DNA from: Parcubacteria group bacterium LiPW_30
GTDB lineage: Bacteria > Patescibacteriota > Minisyncoccia > Phycocordibacterales > VMEP01
DNA: 64,000 nt
Direction of reading: 5' to 3'
NCBI GenBank assembly: GCA_007375595.1
Contig: VMEP01000001.1
Span: 178,816 to 242,815 of the forward strand
Position numbers and translations under genes: made by a program. Shown here in pieces: positions 45,957-54,304 of the stretch. The notes beneath the pieces are model-generated. The model made no database searches, was not told the origin of the DNA, and saw nothing but the letters and a program-made list of their open reading frames with translations. Each line of letters opens with the position of its first letter. Position 1 is the first letter of the stretch.

Positions 45957-45973
45957 CAATGTAACTAAAGTTT

Positions 45974-47128
45974 TTAATTTGTCTCACTGATCAATAAGAA
46001 CATTAGTGGGATAGATAGATTTTCACGAAAATCTTTTTGAATCAAATCCAAGTCTTGTGAAATAAATTCATTTAAGTTTTTTCCGGTTTCATTCTCTATT
46101 TTTCTATTAATATGACCAGGTGTAATAGCAAATAATTCTCTGGTGTTTGTTTCTTTTGTTTCTGTGCTTGTTGTAATAATTCCTTCAAGTTTCCCAGTTG
46201 AACGATTGACCACCGCTCCACCAGAAGATCCTTGCTGAGAAAGAATGTTTCCTTCAATTGAAATAATGTCTAGTAAAGCACCATCATGGAAGTTATATAA
46301 TTCTTTAATAACACCGATACTTGAGGTAAGAAAAAGATTTGTTTGAATTGTTACACCGCCTAAAAACCCAGCAGGGTAAGCAGAAATTAAGACAGGAAGG
46401 CCACGCAATACATTTTCTGGGTCTATGTTTGGCTCGAGATAGGGGAAGGTGAGTGGTAATTGTTTTCCGTCTGTTGTCCCAACAACACGAAGAAGGGCGA
46501 AATCGTCTTCACCTGTGCCAGTTGGCTTTTCTTGTTTGATAACTTTTGAATTTTCGGTTACCCATTTTTTTGAGACATAGATAGGTTCAATCAAAAAAGC
46601 TGGTGAAGCAGGGGAGCCTTGTCTTGCGATACAGGTTATATAATTTTTTACTCCGTAATCACGAAGTAGGAAGTATTGTCCAATGTGGGCATTTGTTAGA
46701 ATAACTCCTTTATCGCTAATAAAGACCCCACTTCCCGATAATGGCTTGAAATCGCCACCATTTTGAGTGGTACAAAGGATATTAACAATAGTACTGCGGG
46801 TTAGTGCATTCAGTGGTTCAAGAGGGAGAATTTCAAGCGTAATGGTGCGTGGGCTTGTGGAGGCGATAGCGATTGGTTCTGTTTTACTTACAGTTGTTGT
46901 TTTTAGATTTTTTGGGGTCGTTGTTGCGGTTTTTTTAAGTGAGTTTATGGTCGTTGTTCCTTTTTCTATTGATGATGTAATTTTGGGAGAATTGTTTTCG
47001 GTTTTTATTATATTAAGTGGTGTTGTTTGTATTTCTTTTTGAGTGTTGTGTATAGGGAATACCGAAAAAACCCCGGCGATGATGCCAATTATGGTGTTTT
47101 TTAAAATAATTCCTAAGGTTTCAAGCAT
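45974..47128 (-). CDS. Membrane-anchored trypsin-like serine protease
   Basis: GSGVFI, LTNAHI, DFALL, QGSSGG; Thr-rich linker. Confidence 0.88.
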   Translation of the reverse strand: MLETLGIILKNTIIGIIAGVFSVFPIHNTQKEIQTTPLNIIKTENNSPKITSSIEKGTTTINSLKKTATTTPKNLKTTTVSKTEPIAIASTSPRTITLEILPLEPLNALTRSTIVNILCTTQNGGDFKPLSGSGVFISDKGVILTNAHIGQYFLLRDYGVKNYITCIARQGSPASPAFLIEPIYVSKKWVTENSKVIKQEKPTGTGEDDFALLRVVGTTDGKQLPLTFPYLEPNIDPENVLRGLPVLISAYPAGFLGGVTIQTNLFLTSSIGVIKELYNFHDGALLDIISIEGNILSQQGSSGGAVVNRSTGKLEGIITTSTETKETNTRELFAITPGHINRKIENETGKNLNEFISQDLDLIQKDFRENLSIPLMFLLISETN

Positions 47129-47223
47129 TGATTTGTTGCTTCGTGATAAGTTTACTAAATATTACCTTATCTGATAATATGTCGGATACATAGTTTGCCA
47201 CTAAAGTGAGCATACTCGGGCAA

Positions 47224-47294
47224 GCGGGATTAGTTAAATGGTATAACTCCAGTTTTCCAAACTGGTGTCGGGAGTTCGATTCTCCCATCCCGCA
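47224..47294 (+). tRNA. tRNA-Gly(UCC), CCA not encoded
   Basis: GCGGGAT/ATCCCGC acceptor stem; CCAGT-TTTCCAA-ACTGG; GGGAG-TTCGATT-CTCCC. Confidence 0.95.
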
Positions 47295-47473
47295 CTGAAT
47301 TTTAACAAAACTAACTAAGGTTAGTTTTGTTGCGGGATGGGAGAATCGAAAGCCGGAGCGCGACGGTGCGAGGCGGGCTTAATTGCGATAAGTGAAACAA
47401 TTGAGAGACGGAGGCTGACGAGCCGAGTTGGGGTCGCCGAAGCAAATTATCCGTGACCGATTCCCATCCCGCA
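47295..47473 (+). repeat. tRNA-3'-associated structured element (Gly-UCC copy, complete)
   Basis: Hairpin, perfect 20 bp inverted tRNA 3' end (47331-47350), core, and near-perfect direct copy (47458-47473). Confidence 0.88.
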
Positions 47474-47529
47474 CAAAAAAATAAAAAACCGCATTCATGC
47501 GGTCTTTTATTTTTAGAGATGAGTGAATG

Positions 47530-47802
47530 TTACTTCACTGCGTCTTTCAAACCCTTGCCTGCGCGGAACTTAGGAACGTTCATTGCTGGTACGTTTACTG
47601 GTTCGCCAGTGCGAGGATTTCGGGCGGTTCTTGCTGCGCGTTTCTTTACAACGAATGTTCCGAAACCTGCAACAGAGACCTCATCACCTTTCTTTAGTGA
47701 TTTTACGATCGAGTCAAACACTGTCTCAACAGCTTGTTCTGCAGAAACTTTTGTTCCGCCTAACACTGCATGGACTGCGTCGACGATTGCTGCTTTATTC
47801 AT
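47530..47802 (-). CDS. hup: HU family DNA-binding protein
   Basis: MNKAAIVD, GFGTF, ARNPRTGE, PKFRAGKGLKDAV. Confidence 0.96.
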   Translation of the reverse strand: MNKAAIVDAVHAVLGGTKVSAEQAVETVFDSIVKSLKKGDEVSVAGFGTFVVKKRAARTARNPRTGEPVNVPAMNVPKFRAGKGLKDAVK

Positions 47803-48000
47803 TTTTTTAAGTAGCTACTTAAACGATTAATAATGCTCGACCGAGTTTTATTATGGTCATACACGCGTATGAACCGCCTTAAGACCACGCAAACATTATA
47901 TATCAGGCCGTTTTTTAGGCAACAGCAATAAAGCAACAAAAGGTTATTGGTTGAAAAATGGGGAAGAAAAAATTGAAAAAGGGGAACAATTGGGGTGATA

Positions 48001-48048
48001 TTCTACAACAAAAAAACTAGGAGTGCTCCTAGTTTTTTTGTTGTAGAA
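48001..48048. terminator. Long hairpin terminator after rny
   Basis: TTCTACAACAAAAAAACTAGGAG/CTCCTAGTTTTTTTGTTGTAGAA. Confidence 0.7.
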
Positions 48049-48066
48049 TATAGGTTTTTTGACTTT

Positions 48067-49596
48067 TTATCTTGCGTATTCAATAACACGAGATTCGCGG
48101 ATGACATTTATCTTTATTTCACCTGGGTATTTCAATTCTTTCTCAACACGAAGGGCAATTTCTTGCGCCATCTTCTTGGCTTCAAGGTCGCTAACTTTTT
48201 CAGGGTAAACAAAAATACGAACTTCTCTTCCAGCTTGAAGTGCGTAAGTTTTTTCAACGCCTTCAAAAGAATTTGCTATAGCCTCAAGATCACCCAATCT
48301 CTTTAGGTAGTTTTCTGCGGTATCGCGACGTGCTCCAGGGCGACCACCAGAAATTGCATCGGCCGTTTGAACAATTATTGATTCAATTGTTTCGTAAGGG
48401 TACTCATCATGATGTGATTGCATTGCTTGAATAATACGAACATCAGCGCCGTACTTCTGAAGGATGCGCCTGCCGATATCAACATGAGTTCCTTGCACTT
48501 CATGGTCGACGGCCTTACCAATATCATGCAAAAGAGCTCCGGCTTTAGCGATTGTGACGTCACCGCCCAATTCTTCTGCAAGCATTCCGGAAATATGTGC
48601 CATTTCTAGTGAGTGCTGAAGAACATTTTGTCCGTAACTTGTGCGGAAATATAATCTTCCTAAAATCGCGATGATTCGTGGGTCAACATTAAACAATCCG
48701 CATTCGTAAACAGCTTGTTCTCCTTTTTCTTTAATTATTTTATGGATTTCATTTTTTGCTTTTTCAACCATCTCTTCAATTTTTACTGGCTGAATGCGAC
48801 CATCAAGAATTAAGTTCTCGAGCGCGACTCGGGCAATTTGCCTGCGAACAGGATCGAAAGAGGAAATTATGATGTAACCAGGAGTATCGTCGACAATAAG
48901 CTCGACTCCAGCAGCGCGCTCAAATGCCCGAATATTTCTTCCTTCTTTTCCGATAATTTTCCCCTTAACTTCGTCCGATGGAATTGTGACGTTTGTCGTC
49001 ATTATTTCAGCAGCAGTTGAGGAAGCAAGGCGTTGTATTGACGTGGCTAAAATATCCTTTGCCTTACGATCAAGACGCTCGGCATTGGCTGTTTCTAGTT
49101 TTTGCATGCGGATAAGCATGTCTTCCTCGTACCTTTTTTCTAGGGTAGCAAAAAGTTCCGCCCGCGCTTCTTCTTCCGTAAGCTTTGTTACGCGCTCAAG
49201 TTCACTTTGGTGCTTTAACAAAATTTCTTCAGTTTCTTCTTTAACCTTTGCGACTTCTTCGATTTTGTTTTTTAAACTCTCTGCCTCCTTACTAATATCA
49301 ACTTGGCGTTGATCAAGAAGACTCTCTTTGTTAATGAGGCGTTCTTCTGTCTTTTTAAATTCTGCATCGTGCTTTTTCTCTTCTTCGCGGAGCTCCTCCA
49401 TTCTTGTCTCCGCCTTTTTTACCGCTTCGTTTACGATTTTACCGGCCTCTTCTTTGGCCTGGAGAGTCATCTGCTTGATTTGAAGCTCCATGGACCCCTT
49501 TTTCCCCAAAAGGACGAGCCAGCGCAAAATATAACCGATTGCGATACCCGCTACACCAGCTACGGCGACTAGCGCCAAAACTATCTTAAGACTCAT
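48067..49596 (-). CDS. rny: Ribonuclease Y
   Basis: N-terminal TM, coiled coil, KH (KGKIIGKEGRNIR), HD (LLHDIGK), YPGEIKINVIRE. Confidence 0.97.
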   Translation of the reverse strand: MSLKIVLALVAVAGVAGIAIGYILRWLVLLGKKGSMELQIKQMTLQAKEEAGKIVNEAVKKAETRMEELREEEKKHDAEFKKTEERLINKESLLDQRQVDISKEAESLKNKIEEVAKVKEETEEILLKHQSELERVTKLTEEEARAELFATLEKRYEEDMLIRMQKLETANAERLDRKAKDILATSIQRLASSTAAEIMTTNVTIPSDEVKGKIIGKEGRNIRAFERAAGVELIVDDTPGYIIISSFDPVRRQIARVALENLILDGRIQPVKIEEMVEKAKNEIHKIIKEKGEQAVYECGLFNVDPRIIAILGRLYFRTSYGQNVLQHSLEMAHISGMLAEELGGDVTIAKAGALLHDIGKAVDHEVQGTHVDIGRRILQKYGADVRIIQAMQSHHDEYPYETIESIIVQTADAISGGRPGARRDTAENYLKRLGDLEAIANSFEGVEKTYALQAGREVRIFVYPEKVSDLEAKKMAQEIALRVEKELKYPGEIKINVIRESRVIEYAR

Positions 49597-49606
49597 AAGC
49601 GATCAG

Positions 49607-49718
49607 GAATCGCTCGCAAAAACGTTGCAATTATTAGGTTTTTTGACTATTACTTAGTGTGTTTTCCAGAATGTAATTCATACAGAGGCTAAAACCGAAC
49701 GTTTGTTTCAAGTGATTC
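49607..49718 (-). ncRNA. Candidate short 6S-like RNA or rny leader structure
   Basis: Long interrupted stem (GAATCACTTG/CGAGCGATTC, AAACGTT/AACGTTT) immediately upstream of rny. Confidence 0.4.
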
Positions 49719-49760
49719 ATTTTAATTTATTAAGTGAACAAATCTATTCTATCATTGTCA

Positions 49761-49808
49761 ATAGTAAAAGTAAAAATGGCCATTTCTGGCCATTTTTACT
49801 TTTACTAT
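49761..49808 (-). terminator. Terminator after clpP
   Basis: ATAGTAAAAGTAAAAATGGCCA/TGGCCATTTTTACTTTTACTAT. Confidence 0.65.
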
Positions 49809-50398
49809 TTTCCGTTACTGATGCGAGTTTTGATAATATCGTCGATTAATCCGTATTTTTTAGCTTCTTCTGCCGACATGTAGTAGTCACGATCGACATC
49901 TTTCTCGATTTGGGAAATTGGTTGCCCTGTGTTTTTAGAGAGAATTTTATTAAGAGAGTCTTTTGTTTTTAAAATATGCTTTGCGGAGATGGCAATGTCT
50001 GATGCTTGTCCTTCTGTGCCACCCATTGGTTGGTGAATCATAACCTCGGCGTTTGGAAGTACAAAACGCTTTCCTTTTGCGCCAGCGGAGAGAAGCACTG
50101 CGCCCATTGAGGCGGCAATACCAACACAAATAGTTGAAACGTCTGGCTTGATGAAATTCATAGTGTCCAAAATAGCAAGTCCTGCTGTGACATGTCCTCC
50201 GGGAGAATTAATGTAGAGGGAAATATCTTTTTTAGGATCTTCGTTTTCAAGAAAGATTAATTGGGCAATGACTATGTTTGCTGTGTGGTCATCAATTGGT
50301 CCGCCTAAGAAAATAATACGGTCACGTAAAAGACGCGAATAGATGTCGTATGCGCGTTCCCCATATTGCGATTTCTCGATAACTGTTGGTATTAACAT
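49805..50398 (-). CDS. clpP: ATP-dependent Clp protease proteolytic subunit
   Basis: [37 protein letters not shown]. Confidence 0.97.
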   Translation of the reverse strand: MLIPTVIEKSQYGERAYDIYSRLLRDRIIFLGGPIDDHTANIVIAQLIFLENEDPKKDISLYINSPGGHVTAGLAILDTMNFIKPDVSTICVGIAASMGAVLLSAGAKGKRFVLPNAEVMIHQPMGGTEGQASDIAISAKHILKTKDSLNKILSKNTGQPISQIEKDVDRDYYMSAEEAKKYGLIDDIIKTRISNGK

Positions 50399-50509
50399 AT
50401 AATTAAATTTATTTAGCTTACGGCCTTTAAAGTTAGATTATAGCAGAACTAAAAAACTGGCAAACTTAGCAATATTTACAAATAGGTATATTAATTTATA
50501 GTGAGCGCC

Positions 50510-51205
50510 ATGAGATTACATAGATTTTTTGTAGAACAAGAAATAGGGGACAAAAAAACCCTTGAAATAAAGGAAGAGAGGATTTTGTACCAATGGAGAA
50601 ATGTTTTACGTTTCTCTCCTCTAGATAAGGTTATTTTGTTTGATGGAAAGGGTAGTGATTTTTTGTGTGAAATTAATATTCTTACAAAAAACGAAGCAAA
50701 GCTTTCCGTATTAGAAAAAATGAAGGGGATTATCTCAGAGAGAAAGATCACACTCTTTGTTTCTTTAATTAAGCGGGAAAATTTTGAACTTGTACTTGAG
50801 AAGGCGACAGAGCTTGGTGTGTCGCATATCGTCCCTGTTGTTGCCGAGAGGAGTGAAAAGAAATCTTTTAATTACGAAAGAAGCGCTAAGATTATAGTTG
50901 AAGCAAGTGAACAGTCTGGGAGAGCTGACATTCCGGTTCTTAGCGAAGAAGTAAAACCGGAAGAAGCTGTCAATAAGTACAAAAAAGAATTAAATCTTTT
51001 TGCTTTTGATCCAACTGGTTCGGATTTGTACAAAACAATAGTTAAAAACGACAATCTCGGATTGTTTATTGGCCCTGAAGGTGGGTTCACACTAAAAGAG
51101 CTAGATTTTTTTAAGGAAAATGAAATTCCAGTCGTAAAATTATGTGAACAGATTCTTCGGGCAGAAACAGCAAGTATTGTTGCTATTTCTTTAATTACGT
51201 TTTAG
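50510..51205 (+). CDS. rsmE: 16S rRNA m3U1498 methyltransferase
   Basis: KATELGV, EASEQSGR, IGPEGGF, ILRAETA. Confidence 0.94.
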   Translation: MRLHRFFVEQEIGDKKTLEIKEERILYQWRNVLRFSPLDKVILFDGKGSDFLCEINILTKNEAKLSVLEKMKGIISERKITLFVSLIKRENFELVLEKATELGVSHIVPVVAERSEKKSFNYERSAKIIVEASEQSGRADIPVLSEEVKPEEAVNKYKKELNLFAFDPTGSDLYKTIVKNDNLGLFIGPEGGFTLKELDFFKENEIPVVKLCEQILRAETASIVAISLITF

Positions 51206-51207
51206 TT

Positions 51208-52233
51208 TTACTTTTGTGCTTCTAAAAACTCAATAACCTTTTGGTTAGACATAATTCCCTCAAGGTACACTTCTGCTCGCTCACGATCGGCGCCAATATT
51301 GTGCTCAAGTAAGTGTTTCAATTCTTTCTCAAGTTCTTCTTTGGGAACTTCTATTTTTTCCGTACGAGCGATTTCAGCGAGGATGAGTTCTGTTTTTACA
51401 CGTTTTTCAGCATCTTTAGCCCAGTCTTTTTTGATATCTTCTTCTGTTTTCTTAACGTTTTTGAGGTATTCATCGAATTTTAGCCCGAGTTTTTCGACAT
51501 CATATTGTAGACGGGTAAGCATTTTTCTCTGTTCTTCCTCAACAAGAATTATTGGAATCTCCACTTCTGTTTTTTCGGCAATAGCATCTAGAATTGCAAC
51601 TCGCATTTTCTCTTTATGGGCCTGCTCTTTTTCAAACTTAATGTTTTCTTTTAGTTTTTCCTTAAAGTCTGCAACATTTTCAAATTTACCAAGTGTTTTT
51701 ACGAACTCATCGTTTAGTTCTGGTAACAATGGTTCCACGGCTTCTTCTCCGTCTTTTAACTCAACTTTAGGGGCGCGTGCTTTCTGAATCTCTTTTATGG
51801 TGTCTTCAATTTCTTTTTCATCCACAACAACAGCCTCATCTTTTGAGAGTTCTTTTTTGGCGATTGATTTGTAATTCGCAAGCTTAACTTCTGGAAATAC
51901 AGCTGTTTTTAGTTTAAAGGAAAGGGGATTTCCTTTTGCAATTTTTGTTATAGATACTTCAGGGCGTCCAATTGGGTCAATTTTATTTTCAGTAATTATT
52001 TTTGGGTAAGCATCTCGTATGGCGAATTCAGCCATTTCTTCTAGGATAGCCATTTCCCCGAGCTTTTGAGTAAGGATTTCTTCTGAAGCCTTTCCTTTTC
52101 TAAACCCCGGTATTTCAACCTGTTCTGCTAAATGCACAACAGCTTTTTTTCTAAATGATTCAAAAACATCGGCAGTTATTTCTGCCTCAATTTCAATTTC
52201 TGAATTTTTAAGTTTATTTATTGTTGCTTTCAT
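51208..52233 (-). CDS. tig: Trigger factor (apparently lacking PPIase domain)
   Basis: IPGFRKGKA ribosome-binding motif; LPELNDEF; next to clpP. Confidence 0.9.
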   Translation of the reverse strand: MKATINKLKNSEIEIEAEITADVFESFRKKAVVHLAEQVEIPGFRKGKASEEILTQKLGEMAILEEMAEFAIRDAYPKIITENKIDPIGRPEVSITKIAKGNPLSFKLKTAVFPEVKLANYKSIAKKELSKDEAVVVDEKEIEDTIKEIQKARAPKVELKDGEEAVEPLLPELNDEFVKTLGKFENVADFKEKLKENIKFEKEQAHKEKMRVAILDAIAEKTEVEIPIILVEEEQRKMLTRLQYDVEKLGLKFDEYLKNVKKTEEDIKKDWAKDAEKRVKTELILAEIARTEKIEVPKEELEKELKHLLEHNIGADRERAEVYLEGIMSNQKVIEFLEAQK

Positions 52234-52320
52234 AGCGAGCATCCTACCCGAAAAAGGTATCTAAAGTCAAAACAAAAACCCGCTTAATGCGGGTTTTTGT
52301 GAGCTGCTCGAAGAGTCTTT

Positions 52321-52623
52321 TTATTGAAGTAACTCGCTTTCGATGTTTTTTACATCAGCATCTGTTGCTGTTGATGAGTCAACGGCCCCCAAATCGGCCT
52401 CAATCTGAGCGAGGTCGTTTGTTACTGGAACCTGCGCGGTGTTTTCCTGGGTGGTTGGCACAACATCGCTAGATTGCCAAACATAATATCCTCCAACCGC
52501 AAGAACTAACACAATAATAATAATTGCGATTACTCCACCAACTCCACCTTTTTCTTCCACCGGAGAAGGTGTCGGAGTAGAACTTACTTGATTTACTGAA
52601 TTTATGTCGTTTATTGGTTCCAT
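52321..52623 (-). CDS. Small single-TM hypothetical protein
   Basis: GGVIAIIIIVLVLAVGGYYVW; terminator at 52272-52300. Confidence 0.7.
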   Translation of the reverse strand: MEPINDINSVNQVSSTPTPSPVEEKGGVGGVIAIIIIVLVLAVGGYYVWQSSDVVPTTQENTAQVPVTNDLAQIEADLGAVDSSTATDADVKNIESELLQ

Positions 52624-52656
52624 ATTTTTCTATTTTATGTTAATAAATTTATTTTT

Positions 52657-53628
52657 TTACTGTGTTGTTGAGGTTGCTGTAGTTGTTGCAGTCACAGTGG
52701 TTGGTGTTTGTGTTGCAACTTTTTTAACTTCTGGAATCACTTTTCCGCTCAATTCTTTGCGTGCTTCTTCAATTGCGTCGCTTGCCTCGTCCGCCGATTT
52801 CTTTATTTGCTCTGTAATAGATTTAACATTTTCTTTGGTCACGGTACCAGAAAGTGATTCTACTAATGTCTTTGTCGCTGTTACTTTTTGCGTAGCTATA
52901 TCAATTTTTGCTTGAGCCAAAGAAAGGGCTACTTTTGCGCTTGAGGTATCTAGCCCTTTGTTTTCAAAGTTAATTAGAACACGCTCAATGTTTGAAACAG
53001 ATTTGTTTAGAGATTCTATTCTTGAAGTTAGGTTGTTTGCCCTTAATCCAAAATAGTTTTTACTAAGACCTATTTTTTGTTCTTTAATCTTTTCGTTAAC
53101 TTCTCTTCTTATTGATGTTGATGAAGCAATGTTTAGTTGTTCACGAAGGTTTTTGACTTGAGAAAAATCTTCCTTTGCTTGTTCGCGTGCTTTTTCAAAG
53201 GCTTCTTTCGCTTGTTCAACTGCCTTCTTCTGTGTTTCGCGTGCTTCTTCTAGGGCCTTTTTCCTATTCTCGCGGATTTTTTCCATCTCTTCCCTTAGTA
53301 ATTGAGATGAAGTTGCGTTTGTTATTGTAGGAATAAAGTTTTTTCTGGCATCTTTCGCTTCTTCGCGTGCTTTTTCCTGGATGTTCTTCATATCTTCCCT
53401 TTTCTTTTCGGCAGCATCCTTGGCTGCTTCTCTATTTTTTTCTTGTAGGTCTTTCAGCTCCTCCCTTTTTTTCTCCGCGGCCGTCTTTGCTTCCTCTCTT
53501 GCTTCTTTTATTGCCTGACTACTTTCAATAGAGGTCGTTGTGACGGGGGCCGTGGTTGTTTCTTCTGCGATTGCATTAGAGACAAAAATTAAACTGAGCA
53601 CAATTAATGGAATGATTTTTTTATTCAT
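52657..53628 (-). CDS. Secreted coiled-coil protein
   Basis: Signal peptide; E/K/A-rich ~22-aa repeats; Thr-rich ends. Confidence 0.75.
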   Translation of the reverse strand: MNKKIIPLIVLSLIFVSNAIAEETTTAPVTTTSIESSQAIKEAREEAKTAAEKKREELKDLQEKNREAAKDAAEKKREDMKNIQEKAREEAKDARKNFIPTITNATSSQLLREEMEKIRENRKKALEEARETQKKAVEQAKEAFEKAREQAKEDFSQVKNLREQLNIASSTSIRREVNEKIKEQKIGLSKNYFGLRANNLTSRIESLNKSVSNIERVLINFENKGLDTSSAKVALSLAQAKIDIATQKVTATKTLVESLSGTVTKENVKSITEQIKKSADEASDAIEEARKELSGKVIPEVKKVATQTPTTVTATTTATSTTQ

Positions 53629-53751
53629 AAAAATTTAAATATTAATAATAACCAAAACGAAATGTTTGTTTCGATATTATAGCAAAAAAAGAGCAATCTT
53701 AATGATGCTCTTTTCCTGTGGAAAACTTTAAGCGCTTAATAGTAAGGAGAT

Positions 53752-54282
53752 TTAGGAGTTTTTGTTGTATTTTTCTTGGTACAAAGCAACTGAACGTTCA
53801 AAGTCTTTCATTGCTTCTTCTTTTTCTTGCCAATCACCAACAGTAACTTTTTTATTTTGAAGTTCCTTGTAAACAGCAAAAAAATGTTTTATTTCATCAA
53901 GAAGATGAGGTTCAATATCATGAATATTGGTAGTGTTGTTAAATCGGGGATCATCTGCTGGAACCGCTAATAGTTTTGCATCGTCGTCTCCGCCATCGTT
54001 CATTGGGAGAACTCCGATTGGTCTCGATTTTACGAGACACCCTGGAATAAATGCTTCGTGGGCGAGAACTAAGACATCAAGTGGGTCTCCGTCATCCCAG
54101 AGTGTGTTAGGTACAAATCCGTAGTTTGCGGGATAATGCATTGGAGAATAAAGAACACGGTCAAACTTAATGAGACCAGTTTCTTTATCCAATTCATACT
54201 TAACACGGGAGAGTTTTGGGATTTCGATGACCACATTCATGTGTTCTTTTGTCCCAGGTTTTACGTCATGCCAAATGTTCAT
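53752..54282 (-). CDS. ppa: Inorganic pyrophosphatase
   Basis: KYELDKE, YPANYGF, DGDPLDVL, DDAKL. Confidence 0.96.
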   Translation of the reverse strand: MNIWHDVKPGTKEHMNVVIEIPKLSRVKYELDKETGLIKFDRVLYSPMHYPANYGFVPNTLWDDGDPLDVLVLAHEAFIPGCLVKSRPIGVLPMNDGGDDDAKLLAVPADDPRFNNTTNIHDIEPHLLDEIKHFFAVYKELQNKKVTVGDWQEKEEAMKDFERSVALYQEKYNKNS

Positions 54283-54304
54283 TTTTTTGTTTTTATTTAT
54301 CTAC

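Noticed and set aside
44538-45959. ORFs 44538-44771, 44852-45100, 45582-45959 and 45644-45844
   Set aside because: They overlap tRNA genes and the structured cassettes; spurious translations
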